A DNA stretch of 64,000 nucleotides from Thermoanaerobaculia bacterium (GTDB lineage: Bacteria > Acidobacteriota > Thermoanaerobaculia > Multivoradales > Multivoraceae): assembly GCA_963664405.1 (NCBI GenBank), contig OY761158.1:64001-128000 (forward strand). Direction: 5' to 3'. The stretch's first letter is position 1, and each line of letters starts with the position of its first letter. Below, in pieces: positions 37,668 to 48,589 of this stretch. Position numbers and translations under genes: made by a program. The notes under the pieces were generated by a model, which saw only the letters and a program-made list of their open reading frames with translations, did no database searches and was not told where the DNA came from.

Positions 37668-40109
37668 GTGAAGAAGAGCCAGGCAAAAGCTCAGAGCCCC
37701 AGATCTACAGCGCACATCGTGCGCCGACGGCTCCTCCAGTTTCTGGGTATCTTCGTTCTCGGTGTTACCACCGGAGTCGGTGTCGCAGCCGTCATCAAGA
37801 TCCCTTCAGTCGACGCAATCGGCGACTTCTCTCCTGGGCTGATCACCGAAGTGCAAGACGCCCACGGCGTGCCCTTCCGCACTTATGCGATCGAGCGCCG
37901 AATGCTTCTCGAAGAGGGTGAGATCTCGCCGGTCCTGCGCCAGGCCTTGCTCGCGGCAGAGGACAAGAATTTCTACGAGCATGGAGGGCTGGACCTGGCG
38001 GCGACGGTCCGCTCCGCGATCATCAACCTTCGCAGGGGAAGACGGGCTACCGGTGCCTCGACGATCACCATGCAGCTCGCGCGGACCTACTTCAACCTCT
38101 CGCGCGAAAAGAAGTGGCAGCGAAAAGTTCAAGAGACGCTGATCTCGGTCGAGTTGGAAAAGCGTCTTTCCAAGGAACAGATCCTTACCCTCTACTGCAA
38201 CATCATCAACCTCGGCGAAGGTCGCTACGGGATGAAGGCGGCGGCGGATTACTACTTCGGCAAGTCCGTCGCCGATCTGACCCTTAGCGAGGCGACCTCC
38301 TTGACGGCAATCATTCCGAGACCGAGCGAGCGGAGCCCCTATCGCCGGCCTGATGTCGTGATCCGGGAGCGCAACGTCATTCTGGGTCGGATGCTGCAAG
38401 AGAAAATGATCTCGAAGGAGGACTACGACACAGCTACCTCCGCACCGCTCGACCTCATCACCCGTAAGCGCACTCCCGAGCCCGGCCGCTATTTCGCAGA
38501 GGACGTTCGCCGCTATATGGAGACCAACCACGGAGTCGACAGTCTCTACCAGCGCGGCCTGCGCATCCACACCACGCTCGACCTCCCAATGCAGCGGGCC
38601 GCCGAGCGCGCGGTGCGAAACGGGCTCTCGCGGCTGGATCGGCGCAAAGGCTGGCGTCGAGCGACCCGGCGCCTCGATGAGGGCGAAGTCGCGGAGACGG
38701 TCGAGCTGGCTTCGTGGCCGGAACAGCTGCAACTCGAGGACTGGTACGAGGGCGTGGTGCTGGAGGTCGATCGCGAGGTGGCTCGCATTCGAATCGGCAA
38801 TGGCACCTTTGTTCTGGACCTCGAAGGCGCGGACTGGACCGGAACGAAGGATCTCAGGCGGCTCTTCGAGGCGGGAGAGATCGCCTGGTTCGAGTTGCTC
38901 GAGCTAGAGGAGTCGCAGGCCGAGGCCGACCAAGAGATCACCGTCTCGGGAAGGCTGGCACTGCGCCAGGAGCCGCAGATCGAGGCGGCTCTACTGATGA
39001 TCGAGTCGAGCTCTGGTGCGGTCCGGGCCATGGTCGGGGGCTGGGACTACGGGCGCAGTCAGTTCAATCGCGCCACGCAGGCAAGGCGACAAGTCGGATC
39101 CGCCTTCAAGCCCTTTGTCTTCGGCGCAGCCCTCGAAGCGGGTTATACGCCGGCGGATACCATCTTCGATGCTCCGGTTGTCTTTCCCGGCGCGGACCTG
39201 CTGATGAACTACAGCCCGCGCAATTACAAAAGGGAGTATCTCGGAATAATCACTCTGAGGCGGGCGCTGGAAAAATCGATCAACCTATCCACCACAAAGC
39301 TCCTCGACATGGTCGGGGCCGAGCGGGTCATCGACTTCGCGAATCGTTGCGGAATCGAGGCCGATCTGCCTCCCTACCCCAGTCTCGCACTCGGCGCCGC
39401 CGACCTGACTCCCCTCGAGCTCGCATCGGCCTACGCCACGCTCGGCAACCAGGGGGTTCGGGTCGAGCCTTATCTGATCGAGCGCATCACCACTCGGGAC
39501 GGTCGCCTCATAGAGGAACATATACCGCGCGCAGTCGAGGTCATAGAACCGGAGGTAGCGTACGTCCTCACCCATATGCTGCAGGGGGTGTTCCGTCGAG
39601 GAACCGCGGTGAGCGCCGCCGACCTGCCAATCGCGGTCGCCGGTAAGACGGGGACGACCGACTCCTATACCGATGCGTGGTTCGCGGGCTTTACACCCCG
39701 CTATTCGCTGCTGGTTTGGGTGGGCTATGACCAGGTACGCTATCTCGGCCCGGGGATGACCGGCGCCGCAGCAGCTCTTCCGATCTGGCGATCCGTTATC
39801 GATCAGGGCCTGAGCGATGGCTGGCTTCAGGCCGACGAGAAGTTCCTACGCCCCCCGGGAGTCTCCACCCGCCGAGTCGAATACAACACCGGCCTACTTG
39901 CCACCCATGAAGCGTCGCGAACCCTCGACGAGAGCTTCATCGCCGGCACCGAGCCCGTCCAGACCTACGATCCGAGCTGGAACAGGGTTATCGGCCTCCC
40001 CTGGTTCCAGCAGCGCCCCTTCTACGGGTTGCCGAAAGAGGGTGAACGAATGCCGGAGGACATCGACGACTGGAGTCTGGTCCTGGAGAGATGGGAGTCG
40101 AAGGACTAA
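37668..40109 (+). CDS. mrcA: Class A penicillin-binding protein (PBP1A family)
   Basis: Transglycosylase EDKNFYEH.G and GASTITMQL; transpeptidase SAFK, SIN and KTGT. TATAAT upstream. Confidence 0.92.
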   Translation: MKKSQAKAQSPRSTAHIVRRRLLQFLGIFVLGVTTGVGVAAVIKIPSVDAIGDFSPGLITEVQDAHGVPFRTYAIERRMLLEEGEISPVLRQALLAAEDKNFYEHGGLDLAATVRSAIINLRRGRRATGASTITMQLARTYFNLSREKKWQRKVQETLISVELEKRLSKEQILTLYCNIINLGEGRYGMKAAADYYFGKSVADLTLSEATSLTAIIPRPSERSPYRRPDVVIRERNVILGRMLQEKMISKEDYDTATSAPLDLITRKRTPEPGRYFAEDVRRYMETNHGVDSLYQRGLRIHTTLDLPMQRAAERAVRNGLSRLDRRKGWRRATRRLDEGEVAETVELASWPEQLQLEDWYEGVVLEVDREVARIRIGNGTFVLDLEGADWTGTKDLRRLFEAGEIAWFELLELEESQAEADQEITVSGRLALRQEPQIEAALLMIESSSGAVRAMVGGWDYGRSQFNRATQARRQVGSAFKPFVFGAALEAGYTPADTIFDAPVVFPGADLLMNYSPRNYKREYLGIITLRRALEKSINLSTTKLLDMVGAERVIDFANRCGIEADLPPYPSLALGAADLTPLELASAYATLGNQGVRVEPYLIERITTRDGRLIEEHIPRAVEVIEPEVAYVLTHMLQGVFRRGTAVSAADLPIAVAGKTGTTDSYTDAWFAGFTPRYSLLVWVGYDQVRYLGPGMTGAAAALPIWRSVIDQGLSDGWLQADEKFLRPPGVSTRRVEYNTGLLATHEASRTLDESFIAGTEPVQTYDPSWNRVIGLPWFQQRPFYGLPKEGERMPEDIDDWSLVLERWESKD

Positions 40110-40179
40110 AAGGAAGACGGCAACGACGAAGAAGGAAAGACAGAGCCTGCCGGCTAGTACATGCGGCCACGAGTACTCG

Positions 40180-41382
40180 TCACTTGCGAGCGATCACGGC
40201 GTAATCCTGGAACCCGAAGAGAGTCTCGTCGAGTCGATCTCGCAAAACATTGATCTCGTGCGCGAGAGCCTTCTCGCCCCCCTGGAGAGCCGCTACATCG
40301 AGCTCGGGTAGGCTCTCTTGGCAAGAGAAGGGGTGGAGGTCGCGTATCTCGACATCTTCGAAGCCCGCCATCTCAACACTCAACCGAAGCGCATCGGGGT
40401 GAATCGGCCTGCGATGAGTCGGGTCGCGCCAGAAGTGGCTGGCCGCCACCACCAGAGAGCGCGGATTCGGCGTTTCCAAGATCAACAAACCACCTGGCTC
40501 GAGGGCCCGCCAAGCGAGCCGAACGAGACGCGCTACATCTTGGCGAGGAAGGTGCTCGATGACGTGGAAGGAGAGCAGGGCATCGAAACTCCCCTCCGGC
40601 GCCGCCGCGAGGAAAGCAAGCAGTTCAGCCTCCTCCACCGCGAGCCCGAGCACCGCACAGGCGCGCACCATTTCTGCACTGGCGTCCACTCCTCGAGCCG
40701 CGACGCCGTGCTCGGCCAGGACCTGTAACGCCTCTCCGCGGCCACAGCCGAGGTCCACCACCCGCTTGCGTCCCGCCAGCAGATCGAGATAGATCGACAG
40801 CCGCTGTTGGATCTCCTCTGAGGTGCCGCGATAACGGTTCTCGAGCTCCGCATAGTCACGCTCCTCGACGGCGCGGGCAAGCCCTTCGACGGAGCTGGAA
40901 CCCTCGGTCTCGCATCGAGCAACGGCAGCGCCGAGAAGCGCCGAAAGCTCGCCTGCCTGACGCCGGTAACGATCGAGCTTTTGGTCGACTCGACCGTAGA
41001 GTGCGTCGTCGTAACGCATCAGCTCCTGCAGCCCCTCCGAGAGAAAAGCTTCGAGCCGTGGGAGCTCGGTCTCGATCTTCTCGGTCCGCGCGGCTAGGGC
41101 GGTGCGGTCGTGGTCGAGGTGCCAAAGGTGTTCGAGAAGAATGAGGTTGAAAACCCGCTGTCGATCCCACAGATCCGCGGTCGCGGTTCGTAGAAAAGGG
41201 CGCAGGACGCGTTTGATGGCGACCGCGATCGAGCCGAGCACACCGCGATGCGTGCGCACAGGGAAGGCGTGATCGCCCTCCCACAGCCAGCGCCAGGCAT
41301 CGAGATCTCGTGTCGGCTCCCCGAGAAAGTCTTCAATCGTCGGCAGCTCTGGCCGGCTCTCTTGGTCCTCAGGGGCTTTCAC
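40180..41382 (-). CDS. Class I SAM-dependent methyltransferase with coiled-coil N-terminus (surface-glycan type)
   Basis: E.RYRG, VDLGCGRGE, FHVIEHL, LILETPNP, F..DPTH.RP and DYAVIARK motifs. Confidence 0.85.
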   Translation of the reverse strand: MKAPEDQESRPELPTIEDFLGEPTRDLDAWRWLWEGDHAFPVRTHRGVLGSIAVAIKRVLRPFLRTATADLWDRQRVFNLILLEHLWHLDHDRTALAARTEKIETELPRLEAFLSEGLQELMRYDDALYGRVDQKLDRYRRQAGELSALLGAAVARCETEGSSSVEGLARAVEERDYAELENRYRGTSEEIQQRLSIYLDLLAGRKRVVDLGCGRGEALQVLAEHGVAARGVDASAEMVRACAVLGLAVEEAELLAFLAAAPEGSFDALLSFHVIEHLPRQDVARLVRLAWRALEPGGLLILETPNPRSLVVAASHFWRDPTHRRPIHPDALRLSVEMAGFEDVEIRDLHPFSCQESLPELDVAALQGGEKALAHEINVLRDRLDETLFGFQDYAVIARK

Positions 41383-41435
41383 CGCATTACCGGCCTAGGG
41401 GCCCTCTCGCGGCGGACCGAAACGGTCGGCGACGG

Positions 41436-41885
41436 TCAAGACTCCGGAGCGACTGTAACCTTGACAACTGCCTCGACGTCACGATGAAAAGACACCTTCA
41501 CCTCGTGCTCACCGAGCTTCTTGATCCCACCTTCGAGATCGATCCGTCGGCGATCGACCGAGAACCCGGCCTCTTCGAGGGCCTCGGCGACTTCGGTGGC
41601 GGTCACCGAGCCATACAAGGTCTCGCTCTCGCCGGCGCGTTTGGTGAGAGTAATGCTGGTCCCGTCCAGACTCGCGGCCTCGACGGCTGCCTCCTCTCTT
41701 TCCTTCAGCCCGCGCTCTTCGATGTTCTTGCGCTGGTGCTCGAACCAACTCGTGTTGGCGGGCGTCGCCTGTACTGCCAGCCCTTGAGGGATGAGGTAGT
41801 TCCTGGCGTAACCCGGCTTTGCCCGGATGACGTCGCCTTGCCCCCCAACATGTTGGAGGTCGCTGAGGAGTATGACTTTCATCAT
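41436..41885 (-). CDS. rplI: 50S ribosomal protein L9
   Basis: MKVILL..., GYARNYLIP.G and LYGSVT motifs. Confidence 0.97.
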   Translation of the reverse strand: MMKVILLSDLQHVGGQGDVIRAKPGYARNYLIPQGLAVQATPANTSWFEHQRKNIEERGLKEREEAAVEAASLDGTSITLTKRAGESETLYGSVTATEVAEALEEAGFSVDRRRIDLEGGIKKLGEHEVKVSFHRDVEAVVKVTVAPES

Positions 41886-41889
41886 GATC

Positions 41890-42123
41890 TCAATCGATCT
41901 CGAACGGGAGCAAGGCCATATGTCGCGCCCGTTTGATCGCCTGTGCGAGCATTCGTTGATGCCGTGACGAGTTTCCCGAGATCCTTCGCGGCAGGATCTT
42001 GGCTCGCTCCGGAATGAACTGTCTGAGCAAGTTCACATCCTTGTAGTCGATGTACTCGATTCCGTCAGCGGTAAACTTACAGACCTTCCTCCGCCGAAAG
42101 AAGGTCTTTTTTCCTCTCGCCAT
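41890..42123 (-). CDS. rpsR: 30S ribosomal protein S18
   Basis: [14 protein letters not shown] and AIKRAR..ALLP motifs. Confidence 0.97.
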   Translation of the reverse strand: MARGKKTFFRRRKVCKFTADGIEYIDYKDVNLLRQFIPERAKILPRRISGNSSRHQRMLAQAIKRARHMALLPFEID

Positions 42124-42146
42124 CGTCGTTTCCTCCAGCCTTCCCT

Positions 42147-42500
42147 CTACGCCCCGGCCGGGGCTTCGCGGACTTTCTTCTTGCCCTTCCGGGCCGCACG
42201 CTTGAGATCTTCGTCCGTGCGGACGGTAAGAAAGCGCAGAATTTTTTCGTTCTGACGCAGTCGTTGCTCAACTTCTGGAAATGGGTTCACTCCGTCGGCC
42301 TCGACATAGAGCAGAACATACTTGCCTTCGGTGAGCTTTTTGATCGGATAGGCCAGCTTGCGCTTACCCCAGCTCTCTTCCTTCGTGATCACGGCGCCGG
42401 CCGACGTGATCATCGTCTTGTAGTCCTCGGTGAGGCCCACCACCTCCTCGTCACTGAGACGAGGATCGGCAATGAACATCAGTTCATAGCTTCTGTTCAC
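42147..42500 (-). CDS. rpsF: 30S ribosomal protein S6
   Basis: [17 protein letters not shown] and ILRFL motifs. GTG 42500 lies after GGAG. Confidence 0.96.
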   Translation of the reverse strand: MNRSYELMFIADPRLSDEEVVGLTEDYKTMITSAGAVITKEESWGKRKLAYPIKKLTEGKYVLLYVEADGVNPFPEVEQRLRQNEKILRFLTVRTDEDLKRAARKGKKKVREAPAGA

Positions 42501-42647
42501 CTTAATTCTCCGTACGAAACCGTTGACGCCTTCAGTGGGCGACAAAACCCGCAGATTCTACGCGTTTTCTCACAAAACACAATGTCGACGTTTGTTCTCG
42601 ATACCGAGCAGGCCGTCCCCGTATCGGCCAGCCGAGTCGTTTTAGCC

Positions 42648-44705
42648 CTAGAGTAGGGGTGCGATCACCAGTGCTACCACCGACATGAGCTTGATCAAGA
42701 TGTTGATGCTCGGCCCGGCGGTGTCCTTGAAAGGATCGCCGACGGTGTCGCCAACGACGGCCGCCTTGTGAGCATCAGAGCCCTTGCCGCCGTATTCTCC
42801 GCTCTCAATGTACTTCTTGGCGTTATCCCACGCGCCACCGGCGTTGGCCATGAAGATGGCCATCAAGACGCCTGACACGGTGACTCCGGCGAGCAGTCCT
42901 CCGAGCGCCTCTACATCGTAGAAGCCCACGATGATCGGCGCGGCGATCGCGAGAACGCCGGGTAAGCGCATCTCGCGAATCGCTGCTGCCGTCGAAATAT
43001 CCACGCAGCGAGCAAAGTCGGCCGTGGCCGTGCCTTCCATCAGGCCCGGAATCTCGCGGAACTGGCGCCGCACCTCTTCGATCATCTCGAACGCCGCTCG
43101 TCCCACCGCCTTCATCGCCATCGACGAGAAGAGAAACGGAAGCATCGCGCCAATGAAGAGCCCTCCCATGACCTTGGGACTCGCAAGATCCATGACCTCG
43201 AGCCCTACCGTGGTGCGGAACGCAGCGAAGAGGGTCAGCGCGGTGAGCGCCGCAGAAGCGATAGCGAACCCCTTGCCAATGGCGGCGGTCGTGTTGCCGA
43301 CCGCATCGAGCTTGTCCGTTCGATCGCGGACATCGGAGCCGAGCGCCGCCATCTCGGCGATACCGCCCGCATTATCTGCGATCGGACCGTAGGCATCGAC
43401 CGCCAGCTGAATACCGGTCGTGGACAGCATCCCGAGTGCGGCAATGGCGATGCCGTAGAGTCCGGCCTGCCAATGGGCTACGAGGGTGACAGCCACCAGC
43501 ACCAGGGTCGGCAGGGCTGTCGAGCGCATGCCGACAGCGAGGCCGGCGATGATGTTCGTCGCCGCTCCTGTTTGACTATCCTTAGCGATGCCTCGAGCCG
43601 GCTTCGCAGCCTCGGAGGTGTAGTGCTCGGTGATCTTGCCGATTGCAACTCCCCCGACCAGCCCCCCGACAGTCGCCCAGAATATTCCGTTGGCGTCGAA
43701 CTGGCTGCCGGCGAGCTCATAGCTGCCCTCGAGCCGCCACTGGGCCACGAAGTAGGTCGCGACCAGCATCGCTCCCGAGGCGGCAAAGGTCCCCGTGTCC
43801 AGCGCTCTCTGCGGGTTCCCTCCTTCTTTGGTCCGCACCAGAAACGTGCCCCCCAGAGAGATGACGATACCGAGGCCGGCAAGCAGCATCGGCAGCAACA
43901 CGAGAGCAGGCGCCGAGCCACCGCCGGTGACCGCTACTGCGTTGGCGCCGAGTACCATGGTACCCACGATCGCGCCGACATAGGACTCGAAGAGGTCCGC
44001 GCCCATGCCCGCGACGTCCCCGACATTGTCACCGACGTTGTCGGCGATAACCGCCGGGTTCCGCGGATCGTCCTCGGGAATGCCGGCTTCGACTTTACCC
44101 ACGAGATCGGCTCCCACGTCCGCCGCCTTGGTGTAGATCCCGCCGCCGACGCGCGCAAAAAGGGCGATCGAGCTGGCGCCGAAGGAAAAGCCCACTAGGA
44201 CTGTGACGATCTTGACCATGCTGCCGTCGCCCTCAAACAGGCTGCTATAGAGCATGAAGAGCAATGACAGGCCCAGGATCCCGAGCCCGACCACGCTGAA
44301 GCCCATCACCGAGCCGCCGGCAAAGGCGACGCCGAGTGCTTTGTTCAGGCTACTGCGGGCGGCTGCGGCCGTTCTGACGTTGGCCGCGGTCGCTACCCGC
44401 ATGCCGACGAAGCCCGCCAGCGCGGAGCATACGGCGCCGGCGACGATCGAGAGTCCGATCAGCGGCGAGCTGTATTCCTGGCCACGACTTGCGAAAGCAA
44501 GCAGCGCGGCCACGACGATGACAAAAGGACCGAGAACCCGGTATTCACGACTCAGGAAAGCCATCGCACCGTCTCGGATGTGACCGGCAATCTCCCTCAT
44601 ACGCTCGTTACCGGCGTCCTGCTTCTGGATCCAAGAAGCCTTGACGAAGGCAAAGACCAGAGCTATCACTCCTGTGAGCGGTAGCCAAATTACTAGAGTG
44701 TCCAC
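42648..44705 (-). CDS. hppA: Membrane-integral ion-translocating pyrophosphatase, K+-dependent type
   Basis: [33 protein letters not shown] and [10 protein letters not shown] motifs. GNTTAA has Ala rather than Lys, the K+-dependent signature. Confidence 0.95.
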   Translation of the reverse strand: MDTLVIWLPLTGVIALVFAFVKASWIQKQDAGNERMREIAGHIRDGAMAFLSREYRVLGPFVIVVAALLAFASRGQEYSSPLIGLSIVAGAVCSALAGFVGMRVATAANVRTAAAARSSLNKALGVAFAGGSVMGFSVVGLGILGLSLLFMLYSSLFEGDGSMVKIVTVLVGFSFGASSIALFARVGGGIYTKAADVGADLVGKVEAGIPEDDPRNPAVIADNVGDNVGDVAGMGADLFESYVGAIVGTMVLGANAVAVTGGGSAPALVLLPMLLAGLGIVISLGGTFLVRTKEGGNPQRALDTGTFAASGAMLVATYFVAQWRLEGSYELAGSQFDANGIFWATVGGLVGGVAIGKITEHYTSEAAKPARGIAKDSQTGAATNIIAGLAVGMRSTALPTLVLVAVTLVAHWQAGLYGIAIAALGMLSTTGIQLAVDAYGPIADNAGGIAEMAALGSDVRDRTDKLDAVGNTTAAIGKGFAIASAALTALTLFAAFRTTVGLEVMDLASPKVMGGLFIGAMLPFLFSSMAMKAVGRAAFEMIEEVRRQFREIPGLMEGTATADFARCVDISTAAAIREMRLPGVLAIAAPIIVGFYDVEALGGLLAGVTVSGVLMAIFMANAGGAWDNAKKYIESGEYGGKGSDAHKAAVVGDTVGDPFKDTAGPSINILIKLMSVVALVIAPLL

Positions 44706-44706
44706 C

Positions 44707-45342
44707 TCACTTCTCCTCTTCTACAGAAACCCCGGCCTCATCGGAGAGTCCGGGAGCGGGTCCATTAAATCGATTCATCGCCGCCTCTACTCCCTCCGCG
44801 AGCCACAGCTCACATGCGTCGGCGGCCCGCTCGAGTTGCTCCCTGGCCACGTCTTCCTCTTGTGAAGAAAAGCCAGAGAGTACGAAGTCGACCAGATCGA
44901 TATCTACTTCCAAGCCGTCCACGGGAGCAATACCGAGACGCAAACGCGGGACCTGATCAGTGCCAAGGCATTCGAGTATCGAGGCCATCCCCTTCTGCCC
45001 ACCGGGACCACCCCGCTTTCGCAGCCGCAGCCAGCCGAGCGGCAACGAGACGTCGTCATAGACGACAAGAATGCGCTGCGGCTCCAATTCCCTTCTCTCC
45101 ATCAGGCACCGCGCCGCGTACCCACTGCGGTTCATGAATGTGTCGGGGGCACCGAGAACGACCTCGTCGCAGACGGCAAGACGGGTACTACACTCCATTG
45201 AAGACAACTCAGCTCCTCGCCGTCGCGCTAGCTCCTCGACCACATCTCTGCCGCGATTGTGCCGAGTCGCCACGTACTCGGGTCCGGGATTGCCCAGACC
45301 CAAGACAAGGCTCTTCGCGACCGAGTTATCGACCGCCGACAC
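44707..45342 (-). CDS. pth: Peptidyl-tRNA hydrolase
   Basis: GLGNPG.EY..TRHN, FMN.SG, VVYDD and RLRLGI motifs. Confidence 0.93.
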   Translation of the reverse strand: MSAVDNSVAKSLVLGLGNPGPEYVATRHNRGRDVVEELARRRGAELSSMECSTRLAVCDEVVLGAPDTFMNRSGYAARCLMERRELEPQRILVVYDDVSLPLGWLRLRKRGGPGGQKGMASILECLGTDQVPRLRLGIAPVDGLEVDIDLVDFVLSGFSSQEEDVAREQLERAADACELWLAEGVEAAMNRFNGPAPGLSDEAGVSVEEEK

Positions 45343-45378
45343 CAGTCGCCCCTTCTAAGACGCGCACAGAGACGCCGG

Positions 45379-46068
45379 TCAGTCCGACTCGTCCTTGGCG
45401 TCGCCGTCCTCCTCCTTGCCTCGGCCGATGACCTCGGGCTCTTCCTGCCCGGGCTCGAGCAGAAGTTCTTCTTCCTCTTCTTCCTCTTCTTCTTCGGCGG
45501 CAGCTCGAGGAATGATGATCGTGAGAATCACTCGTTCCGGCTCATCGAGGAGATCGACGCCCTCCGGCAGCGATATCTGCCCAGCCTCAGCATGGTCGCC
45601 AACATGAAGCTCGGTGACGTCAAGCTCGAGATGGTCCGGAATCTGGCCCGGTAAGCACTCGACCTCCACCTCTCGGTTGATGAAGTCGAGCATGGCCCCT
45701 TCATTCTTGACACCCTCAGAGACCCCGATGATCTCGACCGGTATCCTGACTTTCACCTTCTCGGCCAGATCGATGCGCTGAAAGTCGATGTGGAGGATGT
45801 GACGGTCAATCGAATCGACCTGCATCTCGCGGATCATCGTATGCCGCTGTTCTTTGCCACCAGCCAGCTTGAGAAGAAAGACGGTGTTCTCTCCCGAGCC
45901 TTGGCTCAGTAGAGTCATGATCTCTTTGCGATCTACCTGGATCGGCACAGTGTCACTCTTCATTCCATAGACCACCGCGGGCACCTTGCCCAGGGCGCGA
46001 AGTCTTCGGTTGGCGTTCTTACCCTTCGCTTCGCGGGACTGCACTTCGATTGCAAGCTCTCCGGCCAT
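45379..46068 (-). CDS. rplY: 50S ribosomal protein L25/Ctc
   Basis: RRLR..GKVPAVVYG, HIDF and IP..LELDV motifs; acidic tail. Confidence 0.95.
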   Translation of the reverse strand: MAGELAIEVQSREAKGKNANRRLRALGKVPAVVYGMKSDTVPIQVDRKEIMTLLSQGSGENTVFLLKLAGGKEQRHTMIREMQVDSIDRHILHIDFQRIDLAEKVKVRIPVEIIGVSEGVKNEGAMLDFINREVEVECLPGQIPDHLELDVTELHVGDHAEAGQISLPEGVDLLDEPERVILTIIIPRAAAEEEEEEEEEELLLEPGQEEPEVIGRGKEEDGDAKDESD

Positions 46069-46100
46069 AATCGATTTCCTTCCTTAGATCTCTTCTTTTA

Positions 46101-47042
46101 TTACACAAATAGCGCGGTGACCGAGCTGTTGTCGTGAATTCTGCGGATCGCCTCCCCGAGTATCGGGGCGACAGTCAGCGCGCTCAATTTGTCGGATTTC
46201 TCGAGCTTCTCCTCGACTGGCGTCGTGTTGGTCAGGAGCACCCGCTCGAGGGCAGAGTCATCAATACGAGAGATAGCGGGCCCAGACAAGATGCCGTGAA
46301 CGCCAGCGGCGAAGATGCGTCCCGCACCCTGCTCATCCAGTGCTTCAACGGTCTTTACTATGGTACCAGCAGTGTCGATGATGTCATCCACAATCAGAAC
46401 GTCGCGGCCTTTGACGTCGCCGATCACATTCATCACTTCCGCCTCGTTGGTCGCGACACGACGCTTATCGACGATCGCCAAATCCACATCAAGACGCTTT
46501 GCAATAGCTCGCGCCCGCGCCACTCCACCAGCATCGGGACTGACGATGATCAGATCCGGGATGTCCATGTCGCGGATGGCGTCGAGCAGCACCGGCGCGG
46601 CAAAGAGATGGTCGACCGGCATATCGAAGAAACCGGCGACCTGAGCAGCATGAAGATCCATGGTGAGCACGCGATCGGCACCGGCCTTGGCAATCAAGTC
46701 CGCCACCAGCTTTGCGGTTACGGGCACCCGTGGCTTGTCCTTCTTGTCTTGGCGACCGTAGCCGTAGTAAGGAACGACTGCGGTAATACGAGTAGCCGAC
46801 GAGCGCTTGAAGGCATCGATCATCACCAGCAGCTCGACCAGATTGTTGTTCACCGGCGGGCAGGTGGGCTGGATGACGAAAACATCGACGCCCCGCACAT
46901 TCTCGTCTACTTGGAAGAAGATCTCTCCGTCCGAGAAATCAAAGCAAACCAACTGACCGACAGGCAGGTTGAGGTACTCACAGATCTCGGCCGTGAGCGT
47001 GGGGTGGGCGCGGCCGCCGAAGATTTTCAAGGCTCCGTACAT
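46101..47042 (-). CDS. prs: Ribose-phosphate pyrophosphokinase
   Basis: FSDGE, PYYGYGRQD, DLHA.Q, SPDAGG..RA and VDDIIDTAGT motifs. Confidence 0.97.
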   Translation of the reverse strand: MYGALKIFGGRAHPTLTAEICEYLNLPVGQLVCFDFSDGEIFFQVDENVRGVDVFVIQPTCPPVNNNLVELLVMIDAFKRSSATRITAVVPYYGYGRQDKKDKPRVPVTAKLVADLIAKAGADRVLTMDLHAAQVAGFFDMPVDHLFAAPVLLDAIRDMDIPDLIIVSPDAGGVARARAIAKRLDVDLAIVDKRRVATNEAEVMNVIGDVKGRDVLIVDDIIDTAGTIVKTVEALDEQGAGRIFAAGVHGILSGPAISRIDDSALERVLLTNTTPVEEKLEKSDKLSALTVAPILGEAIRRIHDNSSVTALFV

Positions 47043-47137
47043 TTGATCGATCCGAGCGGGCGAGGCGCTTCTGTCAAGAAGTATTGCTAGAGAACCGGGA
47101 AGGAGATCGGAGGAAGGGGGAGGTTCGGTCTAGGAAG

Positions 47138-47209
47138 CTGGGGCGGGAGGATTCGAACCTCCGATCGCGAGAACCAAAATCTCGTGCCTTACCACTTGGC
47201 CACGCCCCA
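47138..47209 (-). tRNA. tRNA-Gln (TTG), CCA not encoded
   Basis: TGGGGCGTGGCCAAGTGGTAAGGCACGAGATTTTGGTTCTCGCGATCGGAGGTTCGAATCCTCCCGCCCCAG; usual position upstream of prs. Confidence 0.96.
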
Positions 47210-47285
47210 AAGCGCGAAGTGAGACTCCACTGTGCCGGTGACCCGACCCCGATGGAGCGTGTGCCCGCGGAGTCTAGCTAGAACA

Positions 47286-47729
47286 CTAGCCCACTGTCCA
47301 GAAGGAGTCACTCAAATGCTGCTCTTGCACCTCGTCAAGACTCTTTTCGCCGGCGTCGAGAAGAGGCGCCTCGGCCTCGAGCGCGGGCTCTTGCGCTACC
47401 GGCGCTTCTCGAGCCTGCGGGCGATCCGCTGGTGGCACCGGCGCGGTCTTGCGCGGTCGGCGCTCCACCGGTTTGCCGATCGTTCCTTCGTACTCACTAA
47501 GGATGCGATCCTCGATCATGCACCGGGTGTCGTTGTTGAGCGGGTGCGCGATGTCCTTGAAGTCACCATTTCTCTTCCGTCGCGAAGGCATGCTGATGAA
47601 GAGCCCATCGCGCCCCTGGATGACCTTGATGTCGTTGACCATGAAACAGCGATCAATCACAACCGACACGAAGGCGCGCAATTTCTCCTCGTGGACCGGG
47701 AAAACTTTGACCTCGGTGATCTCCATCAT
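47286..47729 (-). CDS. spoVG: SpoVG family protein with C-terminal extension
   Basis: MEITEVKV, F.V.DIKVI.G..GLFISMPSR and FKDIAHP motifs. Confidence 0.92.
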   Translation of the reverse strand: MMEITEVKVFPVHEEKLRAFVSVVIDRCFMVNDIKVIQGRDGLFISMPSRRKRNGDFKDIAHPLNNDTRCMIEDRILSEYEGTIGKPVERRPRKTAPVPPADRPQAREAPVAQEPALEAEAPLLDAGEKSLDEVQEQHLSDSFWTVG

Positions 47730-47838
47730 CCTCCCCCTGCATCAGGCAATAATCGGCAGGACCCAACGAGAAGCTTGCCAGCCCCGTCTGCGCGCGACCG
47801 CCGATCCCGCTACATGCTAGGAGTCACGGACTTCACTG

Positions 47839-48585
47839 TCAATCGTCCCGAAGGTCCTCCCATGGAGCATCAGCGACGCCGCTCAACCACCCCAAATCGC
47901 AAGGCCCGTCCGGGTAGCTGGCCGGGTACTCGAGCGCGGCGAGAGAATCGGACCACTCCTCCCGGAGTGTCTCACGCCACTGCAGGCGAAGGCCGTCTTT
48001 CGGTGCCTCGAGAACGACCCACTCCTCTCCCTTTTCCCACTCCACCCGGCCGAGCTCGCTAGTCATGGTCCAAGCTTGCACGACACCTCCCTCGAGCCGC
48101 GTGCTCCACGCTCTCCCGCGCCCGTCGTCGTAGCGCAGCTCACCTCCCCGCGTCGGACTGGGCGCGCCCTCGGGCGGAAGCGGAAGATAACCGAGAAGCA
48201 TCGTCGGGATGCTCGAAAAAGGGAGAGGCCCGAGAGGAATCGCAACGATCTCGGCCTCTCCTTGATAACGGCAGTACCTCTTCTGTTGGTAATCGACCAG
48301 AAGAGCTTCACTGCCCTCGACATCCAGAGACCATAGACGCCGGTTGAACAGGGGGTGGGTCGCTCGAACTTGAAAGCGGGCCTTGTTCACGTAACGCAGC
48401 AGCAACCGGAAGCGGCCGCGGCCGTCCGGGCTCTGTAGCCGAGCCCGAAAGAGCCGCTGGGTGTGCTCCTCCGCAGCCGGAACCAACCACGGAGTTTGAG
48501 TGGATGCCCTCTGTCGCTGAAACGCCGTCGAGGAGGCGCAGCCTGCGAGAATCAGAAAGAGGGCGAGAAATCGCAGAGAGCCCAG
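47839..48585 (-). CDS. Lipoprotein, LolB-like / DUF4292-like fold by position and beta-rich sequence
   Basis: In-frame signal RFLALFLILAGC (Cys codon 48538-48540) lies upstream of the track's start. Only CTG codons are available as starts. It occupies the lolB position after a TPR gene. Confidence 0.6.
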   Translation of the reverse strand: MGSLRFLALFLILAGCASSTAFQRQRASTQTPWLVPAAEEHTQRLFRARLQSPDGRGRFRLLLRYVNKARFQVRATHPLFNRRLWSLDVEGSEALLVDYQQKRYCRYQGEAEIVAIPLGPLPFSSIPTMLLGYLPLPPEGAPSPTRGGELRYDDGRGRAWSTRLEGGVVQAWTMTSELGRVEWEKGEEWVVLEAPKDGLRLQWRETLREEWSDSLAALEYPASYPDGPCDLGWLSGVADAPWEDLRDD

Positions 48586-48589
48586 GAGC

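Noticed and set aside
42500-42560. S6:S18 autoregulatory leader upstream of rpsF
   Set aside because: The position is plausible, but I could not confirm the conserved structure by eye.
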